Assembly (NCBI GenBank): GCA_951406725.2
Contig: OX597818.1
Coordinates: 37,014,001-37,078,000 of the forward strand
Reading direction: 5' to 3'
DNA: 64,000 nt
From: Octopus vulgaris
Lineage: Eukaryota
Below the pieces are notes generated by a model. The model saw nothing but the letters and a program-made list of their open reading frames with translations. It did no database searches and was not told where the DNA came from. The position numbers were made by a program, and so were the translations under genes. Numbering within the stretch: the first letter of the stretch is position 1; the number at the start of each line of letters is the position of its first letter. Shown here piece after piece: positions 27,733 to 41,340 of the stretch.

Positions 27733-28262
27733 TATGCAGACATTTTTTGATTAGCATACAAGTGTTTCTGCTATAAGAAGCTTTGCAGTGAGAGCTGAGT
27801 GCTTGTGTAATATTGTATAGCTAATGAAAGTAATTACGTAATATTTCTTTTATCATTCCTTAATTGATATTATGCTCTGTACTCACCTGACTCTTTAATC
27901 TACAGCGTACTTCTGAGTTCTAACAGCTGGTTACTACAATCGCTATGCCTAAGCAAAATCAGAATACACACACACACACACGCTCGCGCGCGCACATGTA
28001 TGTATGTTTGTGTGTGTGTGTTTATGTATATATAATTATATATATATATATACATACATTTATATGCGTATGCATGTATATATATAAAATAAAAGATATA
28101 TACACACACATACGTGCGTATATATATATATATATATATATATAATTGAGTAGTTGAATGAATTATCTTATTATGGATAATTCAGCCTTCGAAACATATG
28201 TCGAAAATAAAATAAAGGAATTTTGTTAATTCGTCGTTCAACTCCATTCTTTCATTTATTTG

Positions 28263-28334
<72 letters not shown>

Positions 28335-28474
28335 TATTTATGATAACATACATACATACATGTATGCAAGTATGTATGTATGTTTGCATGAAAATGTACG
28401 TATGCATTTATTCAGCATACTTCTATACAGTTTTTGTTACCAAATTTTACTCACAAGGCTTTGATCGACTAGAG

Positions 28475-28761
28475 CAGTGCTTCTCAAACTATCTGATGTG
28501 GCGTACCAGCAGTTTTTTTCCCCCTACTGTCCCAAAGACCGGAAATATTTCTTAGTAATATTAATTTATACCTGAAACAATATATATAATGAATATAATA
28601 AAAGTTGATAATTTATGTTATATTTATTTTGTGGACAAATAATACAATATTACATAAGCATCTTATAAGCATTTTATAATATTTCTTTCTTCTCTGGAAA
28701 ATCGCAGATGCTGGCTCGAGGACCGGCACCGGTCCATGGACCACCACTTTGAATAGTGCTG
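28475..28761. mobile_element. hAT (Charlie-like) MITE nested in a SINE B copy
   Basis: Ends CAGTGCTTCTCAAA / TTTGAATAGTGCTG; 8-bp TSD GACTAGAG (28467-28474) and AACTAGAG (28762-28769); SINE B sequence resumes on both sides. Confidence 0.85.
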
Positions 28762-28871
28762 AACTAGAGGCCATAACATATGACACTCGCACAAGGTACA
28801 TGAAAGTAAGACTGAATCCAAAACCGCGCGAAGTTCTGTGCCTATAGATACGTATGTAATACATACATACA

Positions 28872-28903
<32 letters not shown>

Positions 28904-28969
28904 CACATGCATACATACATATACACATGCATGCATACATACATACATACATACATACATACATACATA

Positions 28970-29135
28970 CACAGGAGAAAGCTAATTCGAAGACTACAGA
29001 TCCTAGCAATCACTGGAGCTACAAAAATCTGTAAAACCAGACGTTTATCATTTATGTATACATGTGCATGTCTAGATATGTAACTATACGCATGACAACA
29101 CATACATAGAACAAAACATCCAAATATGGACATGT
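28970..29135 (+). mobile_element. Very short 3' end of the TACA-associated RLE LINE
   Basis: RRKLIRRLQILAITGATKICKT parallels DRIIRTLQVQS...VKI*KTF at about 3440-3510; begins directly after (TACA)n. Confidence 0.65.
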
Positions 29136-29171
29136 TCATACATACGTGCATACATAGGTACATACATACTT

Positions 29172-29395
29172 TCTTTTATTATTGCCCACAGGGTGTTAAA
29201 CATAGAGGGGACAAACAAGGACAGACAAAGGGATTAAGTCGATTATATCGACTCCAGTGCGTAACTGGTACGTATTTAATCGACCCCGAAAGGATGAAAG
29301 GCAAAGTTGACCTCGGCGGAAAATGAACTCAGAACGTAACGGCAGGCGAAATACCGCTAAACATTTCGCCCGGCGTGCTAACGATTATGCCAGCA
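29172..29395 (-). mobile_element. SINE family A
   Basis: Head, core and tail homology. Confidence 0.88.
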
Positions 29396-29446
29396 CATAT
29401 TCATACAGACATAACATACGTACATACATACTTACATAAACATACA

Positions 29447-30185
29447 AAGGAGAAAGCTGATTCGAAGACTACAAATCCAGTCCATCACTTGATCTGTAAA
29501 ACTCTGTGAAATTTACCAGAAGTTTAACATTTAAGTATATCTGCGCATGTCCAGACATGCAACTTTATGCATGAGAATGTATACATAAAACAATACATAC
29601 AAATCTATACATACATACATGCTAAACAACCACATGGTTCCGGGTTCAGTCCCACTGCGTGGCATCTTGGGCAAGTGTCTTCTGCTATAGCCCCGGGCCG
29701 ACCAATGCCTTGTGAGTGGATTTGGTCGACGGAAACTGAAAGAAGCCTGTCGTATATATGTATATATATATATATGTATGTGTGTGTGTTTGTGTGTCTG
29801 TGTTTGTCCCCTTAGCATTGCTTGACAACCGATGCTGGTGTGTTTACGTCCCCGTCACTTAGCGGTTCGGCAAAAGAGACTGATAGAATAAGTACTGGGC
29901 TTACAAAGAATAAGTTACGGGGTCGATTTGCTCGACTAAAGGCGGTGCTCCAGCATGGCCGCAGTCAAATGACTGAAACAAGTAAAAGAGTAAAAGAGTA
30001 AAAGAGTATACATACATACATACATACATACATACATACATACATACATACATACATACATACAAGCATGCATACAAAAATGCCCGGTTGATGTTGAAAT
30101 TCCAATGAAATAGCCTTGAGTCTAGATTAGAAACCGACTCTTTCTCTATTGGCAAGAAATCTTGAAATAAAATTGAATAATGACA
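29447..30185 (+). mobile_element. TACA-associated RLE LINE 3' end interrupted by a SINE B
   Basis: 29447-29620 is homologous to 28970-29135; the 3' UTR resumes at about 30060-30185 (TAGAAACCGACTCTTTCTCTATTGGCAAGA vs GGAAACCGGCTCCCTCTTCAATGGAAGA at about 3575) and ends in (ACAT)n. Confidence 0.62.
29620..30008 (+). mobile_element. SINE family B, slightly 5'-truncated
   Basis: GGTTCAGTCCC B-box, CORE-like TTGGGCAAGTG, internal (TA)/(TG)n and (GTAAAAGA)n tail; near-identical to 59524-59932. Confidence 0.9.
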
Positions 30186-30210
30186 TACATACATCTGAAA
30201 CTAGACACTT

Positions 30211-30247
30211 CTGAGGAGGCCTCAATTCGAGGCGAAAACAGTTGTTC
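30211..30247 (+). ncRNA. Minimal hammerhead-like motif
   Basis: CTGAGGA-G-GCCTC/AATTC/GAGGC-GAAA-ACAGTTGT-TC; stem I weak. Confidence 0.6.
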
Positions 30248-30476
30248 ATCATTTTTTCAATACTTTGAGAAATACTTAAATTGCCGTGTTTGTCTACTAC
30301 ATAGTTCTATCATAGTTTGGCACAGTTAGGATCGGAATCCATATTGACAGATCATTGGTATTAAATAAGAGTTAAGCATTTATATTATGAGAATTGGTGT
30401 CTGCAATTCACTGAAACTAGTATTGCAGTGTAATATATAAATAGACTGGTTGCTTATTTTTCTGGGATTGATCAAG

Positions 30477-30538
30477 TGATGGAGACACCTCTGATGAGAC
30501 ACTAATTAGGGTCGAAAATCGATTATTGCTGTCCATCA
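30477..30538 (+). ncRNA. Minimal type-I hammerhead motif
   Basis: CTGATGA-GAC/ACTAATTAGG/GTC-GAAA-ATCGAT-TA; palindromic stem III AATCGATT; distal stem I TGATGGA/TCCATCA. Confidence 0.7.
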
Positions 30539-30589
30539 TATTCTTTTTTCAGTCTACGGAGAAATATATAAATAATAGTACTTCGTAGG

Positions 30590-30720
30590 TATACATGTGC
30601 GTATGTCTGTGTGTGCGTGCGCGCGCAGGTGTATGTTCATGCATGTATATATGTATATATATATATGTGTATATACATATATATGTATATATATGTATAT
30701 ATATATATGTGTGTATATAC

Positions 30721-30754
<34 letters not shown>

Positions 30755-30939
30755 GTGTGTATATATACATATATATATGTGTGTGTGTATATACATATAT
30801 ATATATGTATATATATATATGTGTGTATATACATATATATATATATATGTATATATATGTGTATATACATATATATATATATGTATATATATGTGTATAT
30901 ACATATATATATATATGTGTGCATATACATATATATATA

Positions 30940-30982
<43 letters not shown>

Positions 30983-31125
30983 ATATACATATATATATGT
31001 GTGCATATACATATATATATATGTGTGTATATATATATATATATGTGTGTGTATATACATAAATATATGTATATAGATATATATATGTATATATATATAC
31101 ACACACACACGCACACACACACACA
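30590..31125. repeat. (TA)n-rich degenerate minisatellite
   Basis: Recurring GTGTATATACATATATATAT units. Confidence 0.9.
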
Positions 31126-31926
31126 TAGACATTTGTGTGGGGCAATGTACATGTGTGTCCCTGTGTGGATATAAGCTTATGTAGGAAAGATAGGCTATAC
31201 GTAGGTTGACTAAAACTATAAATATTTATTAACAACGAAATGTCACTGATTTCCAGTCCATTATAAATATGATTTAATGAATGAAAGCCTGTATATACCT
31301 GTATATAATTCAGTAAATAGCTAGTATTTTGATGTTAGACACGCAGAATAGCCACTGCTTTCAAGTTTAAAGTATATAGAAGACCTAACGCTGTTAATCC
31401 CACGTAGCGTGCGTTCAGCTCCATAACGCATGAAATAATGTTCTCATGAAGGCAGAAGTTAAACTGCCTTCGTTAAGTGACATAACAGAGTGATAAGTAT
31501 GCACGTATATGTTACATTGCATGTGTGTTTGTCTCTGATGACTGATCTAATTTTAAGAGAAATTTTATTTCGTGTGAGTGTATAAAACAGTAAAAACAAC
31601 GATGTATTGCTTGCATGCAGGCTAACAGTCACATACATATATGTATGTGTACAACTATGTGTATATACATATTCACGCAGTATACACATGGAAATAGATT
31701 GATTGGCTGATTGAAGAAGTGATTGGCTGAGTGATTGATTCGTTGACTGATACGTACTTAAATACAATCATTTCCAAGATGTAAATATGTATATTTAATA
31801 TTTACCTCTCTAATGGTGTTTATGTTTGTTAAGGTGCGATATAGATACAACTTTTTCCCTATAGACGTGTGAAAGTGTGTATGTGTGTGTGTGTGTGTGT
31901 GTAGATAGATAGATAGACAGATAGAC

Positions 31927-31985
<59 letters not shown>

Positions 31986-31995
31986 CAGACACACA

Positions 31996-32055
<60 letters not shown>

Positions 32056-32081
32056 TGTATGTATGTATGAGTATATATATA

Positions 32082-32205
32082 AGCGCAGGACTGGCTGTGT
32101 GGTAAGTAGCTTGCTTACCAACCGCATAGTTCCGGGTTCTGCCCCACTGCGGGGTTCCTTGGGCAAGTGTCTTCTACTAGAGCTTCGGGCCGCTCAAAGC
32201 CTTGT
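32082..32205 (+). mobile_element. SINE family B, 5' module
   Basis: GCGCAGGACTGGCTGTGTGGTAAG head through CAAAGCCTTGTG. Confidence 0.82.
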
Positions 32206-32344
32206 GTATATGTATGGTGAAATAAGTGAATCCTTTTTATTGTTAAAATACCTGTATATTTGTTCCGGTGTCGCAGAGTCTCTTACTGACAGTATATTTC
32301 ATTAATACCTACTGTTTACCGTACTATCTATTGTTATTATTAGT

Positions 32345-33915
32345 CCATAGTTCAATCGAATTAGCTGTCGAAACAGTAATAAAGGAACTTGAGTAGGAAC
32401 AAACCTATAAATACCTAGGAATAAATGAAGGCTCTAGTATCCAGCATGCAAGCATGAAAGAGAAGGTTAGGAAGGAATGTTATAGAAAAGTTCGAGCAGT
32501 CCTGAAGTCTGAGCTGAATGCGTATAATAAGGTGTTAGCCATAAATTCCTTAGCAGTCCCAGTTGGTCTTTATAGCATCAGTGTGCTTAACTGGAATACC
32601 AATGTAATAATGAAAATTAATAGAAAAATCTGCAATCTACTGGCTTGTAATAAGATGCACCATCCAAAGGCAGACGTGGATCGTCTTTACCTTCCCAGAG
32701 CTCAGGGAGGACAAGGTTTGATCCAGCTTGAACTTACGTACAAAACCACCACAATCGGACTGGCCAAATACCTTGAAACAACCAACAATTGGATGCTAAA
32801 ACTTGTTGAAAAACATTGAATACCGAAAAAACTTCACTCTATTCTGAAAGAGAGCAAAAAATTCACTACTGATCTCTTAGATACCCACCAGATTGATCAG
32901 GCTGAAGGAAATGCGCCAACTGCAGCTGCAAAGAAAATAAAATTAATTGCAAAGACAAAAGCACATGAAAAATTAGCTAGCAGATGGGAACAGAAACCTC
33001 TCTGTGGCAAGTATGTGGCCCGTAGCAAACAAGCTGATGTCGACCAGAAACACACGCATCAATGGTTACGAAGCTCAGAGCTAAAAGCAGAGAGTGAATG
33101 TTTCATATTAGCTGCTCAAGACCAAATCTTATTAACCCGGAACTACCAAGCCAATGTGATAAAAAAATGGAGCTGACCCAAAATACGGATTCTGTAACGA
33201 TGAGATTGAAACAATAGACCACCTAATCTCAGGGTGTAGAGTCTTAGCACCTGTAGAATATAAGGCAAGACATGACAGAGTCGGCTGGTATATACACTGG
33301 ACAATGTGTCGGCATTATAAAATCAAAACCACTGACAAATGGTATAAACACCATCCTGAACCTGTGACTGAGGGAGACTATGTGTCGATTCTATGGGACT
33401 TCCCCGTACAGACCAACAAAACTATAAAAGCTAATAAACCGGATATTATTATAAAATATCAGACCAAAAAGGTGTGTTTATTAATTGAAATACGTATTCC
33501 TTGCGATCACAATATAGCGGCGAAAGAATTTGACAAGATCAGTAAATATAAAGACTTTCTAATAGAAATTGAAAAAATGTGGCATCTCAAGGCGACTACA
33601 GTATCAGTGATTGCAGGATCTCTAAAAATGATAAAAAAAGGTACTGAAACCTATTTGAAAATGATACCAGGCTTACCATCCCTACAGGAAGTGCAAAAAA
33701 TCGTATTAACTGGAACGATTCATGTACTGAGAAGAGCATTATCGCTGTGAAAACAACATCCATTCATTAATTTATTTATTTATTTATTTTTTTAAATACA
33801 TATTTTACCTGTGAATTTGCGTGTGTAATCTGGGAATGCATACAATGCCCTTCTCTGCCCTAGGTGTACAGAAAACACTCGGCGAGAAATGGAAGAAAAT
33901 TTGAAGAAAGAAGGA

Positions 33916-33917
<2 letters not shown>
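32345..33917 (+). mobile_element. 5'-truncated R4/Dong-clade LINE (RT C-terminus, CCHC, RLE) with (TAA)n 3' flank
   Basis: YKYLGINE...NKVLAINSLAVP...MHHPKADVDRLYLPRAQGGQGL...AAQDQ...ETIDHLISGC...RHDRV...WDFPVQT...NKPDII...KYKDF...VLRRALSL*, with stops and a frameshift; (TAA)n at about 33917-33968. Confidence 0.92.
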
Positions 33918-33970
<53 letters not shown>

Positions 33971-33971
33971 T

Positions 33972-34402
33972 CCCCGATGCAGTACCAGGCACTGGCTCTC
34001 ATGGATTCTGATTTATCATGTATATTGTTTTGTCTTGGTATAAAAGATGGGCTACAGTAAATATTCTGCTCAATACCACAGTTGTTCGATCTTAACCAGT
34101 TGAGCCTATCCTTCGGTGGTTTACGATATGTACATATCTGATCACGAGCAGAATTAGTGGGGGAATTTGAATAATTTACCTCTTAAACAATCCTTATTCA
34201 AGGACTATTTGAGTGGGATGGGCTACTCGACCTGAAGAAAATTCTAACTGGGCTCCACCTGCAAGGTCACCATGTCGCACACATATGATTGTGATGCATG
34301 TGCCTAGTATACCCTTATCAGACATGTAGTGGTGATGGGTATACTGGTCTTCGTATATTTTACCCCAGTATCACTTTGATGGCACGCTCTGCTCTCTCGC
34401 CC
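33972..34402 (+). mobile_element. Family E repeat between (TAA)n tracts
   Basis: Homologous to 3748-4240 and 34738-35268, with internal deletions. Confidence 0.8.
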
Positions 34403-34737
34403 AATAATAATAATAATGATAATAACAACAACCTAAACAAAATCCTCAAACCCAAGGCAAACTCTATACAGTAAATATCCAATGAAATAAACTACCACCA
34501 GCAATCCGATTACCCAACGGTTTACACACACAACACACAATACAAATTCTAATACAACAAATGACTGCACCACACCTCAAAAAAATCTGATGCAATATAT
34601 TGCCGGGAAGAGTTTGCACATTTCCAACAAAAAAGAACACTCAATGCTGCACACACCACAGCAGCATGGATGTGCAGCAGGTGAAGCAGAAAAATTTGCC
34701 TGAAACTACCAAAAGTTGAACAGTACTAATAATAATA

Positions 34738-35268
34738 ATGCCCTGATGTAGTGGCTCTCATGGCTTTTGATCTTAAGTGACTGGAAGTGTTATCATGTAG
34801 TTGTTTTTGTTTGCTCTAAAAGATAGGCTACAGCAAATATTCTTCACAATAACACATCTTTGCCTATCAGTTGTTTGACCATAACCAGTTGAGTATGTCC
34901 CTTAGCAGCTGACGGTATGTGCATCTCTGGTTATGAGCAGAAGTAAGTTGGGGAGCATCATAGCCATGTGTTGAGAGGTATTTTTTGTGGCTTGAACAAT
35001 TCATCTCTGGAAAATTTAGATTTATATCCCTTATTCAGGGATCTTTTCAGTGGGATGGGCTTCTCGACCAGAAGAAAATTCCAACTGGGCTCCACCTGCA
35101 AGGTCATGCGCTGTTTATCTTGATATCAGGTCACCGTGTCGCGCACATAAGGCTGTTATAAATGCGCCTGGTGTACCCTTATCAGACGGGTAGTCATGAT
35201 GGGTATATTGGGCTTTGGATATTTGTACCCCAGTGTCACTTTGATGGCCATGCGCTACTAACTCAGCC
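34738..35268 (+). mobile_element. Family E repeat between (TAA)n tracts
   Basis: Longest copy in the window, same orientation as its neighbours. Confidence 0.8.
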
Positions 35269-35269
35269 A

Positions 35270-35799
35270 ATAATGATAACAATAATAACAGCAACAACGA
35301 CGACAACAACAATAACAATAATAATATTGTTGTTGTTGTTGTTGTTGTTAACTTCGTCGTAATTATCGTCAACGTCACCGTCGACTATCAATTTTATCCA
35401 GTCAACAATATCAACAACAACAACAATTACACACCAAAACATCACCATAAGCAACAATCCAGACCGTCGCCACCACCACTACCACCACCACCACTACCAT
35501 CTCCACTTCATCACCACGGCGATGAAAACAACAAGCAACACCAGGCACTTGCTACCTCTCTGTCTGACTCTGGCTTTTCCCCACCACCACCACCATCAGC
35601 GCCACCATCGACCACCACCACCACCACCATCAGCGCCACCATCGACCACTGCCGCTGTACCCAAGCTGCTTGCTGCAGAAACAGCAGTAGCTGCTGCTGC
35701 TGTTACTGCCGCCGCTACTGCTGCTGCTGCTGTTGCTATTGCACATATTGCTTCTCTTGCTATTGTTGTTGTCGTGATGCTGGTGGTTATTGTTGCTGC

Positions 35800-35830
<31 letters not shown>

Positions 35831-36468
35831 GTTTGTATTGTTGTTATAACTATAAACTGATGCAACTGCACTGCTACCGTTGTTGCTTTCTCTTGTTGCG
35901 CCGATGATGACGATGATGATGACGACGACGATGACTTCGATGACGATGACGATGATGATGATGACGACGACGATGACGATGACGATGATGATGATGATGA
36001 TGATGATGATGACGATGATGATGATAACGATGATAACGATGATGACGACGATGACGATGATGATGACGACGACGAATGCCTATGATGACAATGGTTACTA
36101 TGATGATGATGATGATGATGATGACGATGACGATGATGATGATGACGATGACGACGAATGCCTATGATGACAATGGTTACTATGATGATGATGATGATGA
36201 TGATAACGGTACCGATGTTGCTGATAATGATAATGGTAATGATGACGATGATGATGATGACTGATGCCGGTGCCACATCCTTCCATCGACGCTGCTCACT
36301 GTTGCCGTGTAGTTCTTAGTTCTTCCATTGTTGTCGCTGCCTGTGATGCAGCATTTTGGTCGGCAACAGCAGTGTTGAAACTTGCTGAGACTTAAAGTGC
36401 AAGTGACCTTTCCTAGAGATTAGCCATGCCAACAAGCCGTCGTCCTTCCCGTGTGCTCCTTTGCAAAG

Positions 36469-36512
<44 letters not shown>

Positions 36513-36559
36513 CATCATCATAATCATTATCATCATAATCATTATTATATCATCATTAC

Positions 36560-36616
<57 letters not shown>

Positions 36617-36660
36617 CATCATCATAATCATTATCATCATCATCATCATTATCAATATTA
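35270..36660. repeat. Mosaic of trinucleotide repeats (CAA, CAC, GCT, GTT, GAT/GAC, TAT)
   Basis: Direct reading; includes a local duplication of GACGACGAATGCCTATGATGACAATGGTTACTATGATG at about 36068 and 36150. Confidence 0.9.
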
Positions 36661-36917
36661 TTTTCTTTTCCTCTTTCTTTTCTTCTTTCTTTTCTCGTCT
36701 TTTACTTCTCAGGCGCTTTCTCTTTCTCCCTCGCTCTCTCTCTCTCTATCTTTAATATTTTTCTTTTTTTTTACCTATATACGTAAAATATTTTATATTT
36801 ACCGAAAAAAAAAACAGCGATACGGATGTCTGATTATACGCAACATACGTTTGCATACAGAATTTTGGATATAAACACTCACTCACACACATGCACATAC
36901 ACACATACATATGTACA

Positions 36918-36951
<34 letters not shown>

Positions 36952-37215
36952 CATACATACATGCATGCATGCATACTTACATACATGCATACATGCATAT
37001 AAATACATACATATATACAAACACATACATACATACATACATACACACACACATACATACACACAGACACACACATACATACATACATACATACATACAT
37101 ACATACATACATACATGCATACATACATGCATACATACATACATACATACATACATACATACATGCATGCATACATACATGCATGCATGCATACATGCAT
37201 GCATGCATACATACA

Positions 37216-37249
<34 letters not shown>

Positions 37250-37544
37250 CATATATAGATATGTATATGTGTATACGTGCCTTTGATGTTGTATGCGTGC
37301 GCACTTCTGTCGGTTTCTGAAAACGTTATTAAACATTATAGTTATGTAGACACCAACTGGAGATAGAAAAATAAACTCATTCACTGGATTTAAAGGATAT
37401 ATCTACCATTTGTGCGGCCACTATATTAAGGAGGGATCCGATCACGAACCTGTTGCTTCCAAATATGTAATGCATGTATGTATATATATATAAATATACA
37501 TACATGCATACATATATGCATACATATATGCGTATATATATATG

Positions 37545-37633
<89 letters not shown>

Positions 37634-37795
37634 GTATATATATATATAAATATACATACATGCATACATATATACATGCATATATATATATATATATGTG
37701 TGTGTATGTATGTATGTATGTATATAACATTACTTTATATAATTAGGGTTCAGCAAAAAAATTTGCTTTACCACATACCGAACTTTTAGAAATAG

Positions 37796-37842
<47 letters not shown>

Positions 37843-37986
37843 CGTATACATTTATGTATGTATATATATATATGTGAGCGTGTGTGAGTGAGTGTGTGTA
37901 TGTATATATATGTGTGACCGTGTGTGTGTGTGTGTGTTTTTTAATATTTGTGTTTATGTTCATTTATTATAATGCCTATTTTATAT

Positions 37987-38029
37987 TAGTCCAACGATAG
38001 GTTAGCTGGCCGAAACTTAGAAGTAACTA
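37987..38029 (+). ncRNA. Degenerate hammerhead-like motif
   Basis: TAGT-CCAACGA-TA-GGTTA/GC/TGGCC-GAAA-CTT-AG-AAG-TA-ACTA: stems I and III pair but the core is mutated. Confidence 0.45.
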
Positions 38030-38141
38030 TCAAGAACTTTCTTATATAAGAATAATAAATAATAAAGAAACAAATAAATATAGCTAGACAGACAGACAGG
38101 CAGGCAAGCAGACAAGCAGACAGACAGACAGACAGACAGAC

Positions 38142-38228
<87 letters not shown>

Positions 38229-38472
38229 CCAGTGACCTCAATTCCTGTCAGTATGGCTTCTGCTTCTCTTTGATGAAATTCCGAAGAGTTTGTGGGGAGG
38301 GCTCGGACAGGGATTTTATATATTTTAATATCGGAAATGACTACGATACAGGTGATCGCGACAATCTACTGCACGAAATGGAATTTGTGGAAAACTTTGT
38401 GGTGCTATTAAGTTAGACATGGCCTGGGCCAATACTGACCGAAATCTATGAAAGTATATGTGTGTGTGTACA

Positions 38473-38618
<146 letters not shown>

Positions 38619-38847
38619 CATATATTCTTTTATTTTGCTTTTATTTGTTTAGTCGAACGAATCGACCCCAGGACTTATTCTTTGTAAGCCTAGTACTTAT
38701 TCTATCGGTCTCTCTTGCCGAACCGCTAAGTGATGGGGGGTGGGGTAAAGACACCACCATCGGTTGTCAAGCGATGTTGGTGGGGACAAACACAGACACA
38801 CAAAGTATACATATATGTGTGTGTGTGTCTGCGTGTATATATATGTG

Positions 38848-38885
<38 letters not shown>

Positions 38886-39119
38886 TTTTCTTTGAGTTTA
38901 AGTTAAGTTTTTCTTGAAAGACTTCAAACCGGCAAGCTAACAAAGCGACAAGACTTTATTGAGTTAAGAGAGATCCTGGGCGTTTGTAAATATGTAGTTG
39001 AGTTGGTGTCTTTGGCTGTACTGCCGATGCATACACCCAACTCAGTGCATCTGTTCACATAACAATCTCAGACTGATGGATGTAAAATACTTTCTCCTTG
39101 TTTTGTTTTTTGTTTTTAA

Positions 39120-39248
39120 CTTATTCTAGGCATCGGACTGCAGCCGTGTTGGGGTACCGCTTTGAATGGTATTCTCGATCAATTCGGTCGTCTGTTCTGT
39201 TGAACCGCTACATATGCACACGCACTCACTCACACACACACTCACACA

Positions 39249-39280
<32 letters not shown>

Positions 39281-39440
39281 GCGGACTTCCACACAGTTTA
39301 TGTATACCAAATTCACTCACAAGACATTAATCGACCCAGGGGTATTGTAGAAGGCACTGACCCAAGGTAGCACGCAGTGGAAGCGTAGCCGAAACCACCT
39401 GTTCCCAAAGCGATCTTCTGAAATGGAAAGTTATGCCTGC
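39120..39440 (-). mobile_element. SINE family B, degraded
   Basis: Patchy homology to both family B modules. Confidence 0.65.
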
Positions 39441-39442
39441 AG

Positions 39443-39486
<44 letters not shown>

Positions 39487-39529
39487 GCGTGTGTGTGTGT
39501 GTGTACATATACTCTTACTCTCTCTCTCT

Positions 39530-39950
39530 CTTTTACTCTTTTACTTCTTTCAGTCATTTGACTGCGGTCATGCTGGAGCACCGTCTTTAGTCGAGGAAAT
39601 CGACTCCAGGACTTATTCTTTGTAAGCCTAGTACTTAGTCTATCAGTTTTCTTTATTTTGCCGAAGTGCTTAGTTACGGGGAGGTAAACACACCAGCATC
39701 AGTTTTCAAGCAATGGGGGGGGGGGGCACAAACACAGACACACAAACATATATACACACATATATATATACTATATATACATATATACGACGGGATTCTT
39801 TCAGTTTCCGTCTACCAAATCCACTCACAAGGCTTTGGTCGGCTCGAAGCTATAGTAGAAGACACTTGCCCAAGGTGTTATGCAATGGGACTGAACCCAG
39901 AACCATGTGGTTGGTAAGCAAACTACTTACCGCACAGCCAATCCTGCGCC
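39530..39950 (-). mobile_element. SINE family B, full length
   Basis: Head GGCGCAGGATTGGCTGTGCGGTAAG through (GTAAAAGA)n tail. Confidence 0.9.
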
Positions 39951-41340
39951 TATATATATATCCTTTAAGTTCATTTATAGGAAACGTTTTGAATATGCCT
40001 ATAAAAGCTCCTATTCTCTTATGCCAGCTACAGCCTAATAAAGCCAACTGGCGAAACCAGTTCCTTGGGGTCGCACTGATCTGTGTCGATATAATGTAGG
40101 CTATAGTAATAATAATAATAATCTTTGGATGGAATTTACAAATATTTTATATCGCCCGAAGTAATGCATACATTTACCCGATGCCCAGGGATACTATGAA
40201 CTGCATTGCAATCATCCTAGGAGTACGGATTATGATCTTAAGAAATATGCGATATGTGGAAACGCGCGTAGCGATGCATTAAAATATTTATAAATTTCAT
40301 CCAAGGATTTTTATTACTATATATATATGTATGTATATATGTATGTATGTATATATGTATGTTTGTATGTATGTATGTATGTATGTATGTATGTATGTAT
40401 CTCGCACTAAGTATTAAGTGGGTATATGTTACAATCGTAAAAATAAAAAAGGGGATACGCTTAGAATTTACATTAAGAAAATAAAATTGGATGCAAAATT
40501 GTCTCATTTTAATTCGTCTAATTTAAGTTATAAGCAGAATATAAAAATGTAAATTTATACATAGACATCATTTCAAACTATTTCTATTTGCAATAAAATA
40601 TAATAGAGTACTTACTTTTGCAGTTATGAGCGCTGTGTTGTGTAGATTACCTCTTAAATATTTTAATAAAATTTTCCATTACTTACCATTACTTACGATA
40701 GTTTTTTTATGCTTAGCTGCGATGTTTCAAACAGCTCACCCATCAGTGTCTCCGCGATGCTGTTTGGAAGTAAACAAAAAAAATAAATGCTGCAGTTGTT
40801 CTTGTTGGTGTTGGTGTTGGTGTTGGTGTTGTTTGGGGTCGGACTGTGGGTGTTTGTATTTGTTTTGCTTTCATTTTTTTTTAGCCTGATATCTTCCATA
40901 ATTAAGCAAACCTGTGATCTGATATGTTCAGACGTGATCAACCCATCTTTATCCAGACGTTTTGCATGTATGTGTATATGTACATATATATATATATATT
41001 TAAGGCATTAGGATATGATATGAGATTTTGCTGGTAATTTCTACCCCAGTACTTTACTGATACTTTATTTTATCAAGCCTTGAAAGATGAAAAGGTAAAT
41101 AAAACTTCGGTAGGGTTCGAACTCTGATTGCGAAAGCCAAAAAAATACTGCATTGCTTTTTCAGATTCAAACGAATCACTGAGAAGCTTTGCCGTCTCTT
41201 TTCCAGCTACCTTCCTTAAACGTCACCTTGTGCCATGCTTTATTGGACTAAGTCAGTGGCCTTTGCCTTGGATAAATATGGTGGCAAAAAAACGAAGACT
41301 ACAAGCATAAGCATTGCCCAGTCCTATGAGTTCGTGTGTA

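Noticed and set aside
35522-36755. Poly-His/Pro/Ala/Ser/Asp ORFs resembling transcription-factor low-complexity regions
   Set aside because: A trinucleotide mosaic open in several frames on both strands, with no domain or clear exon boundaries.
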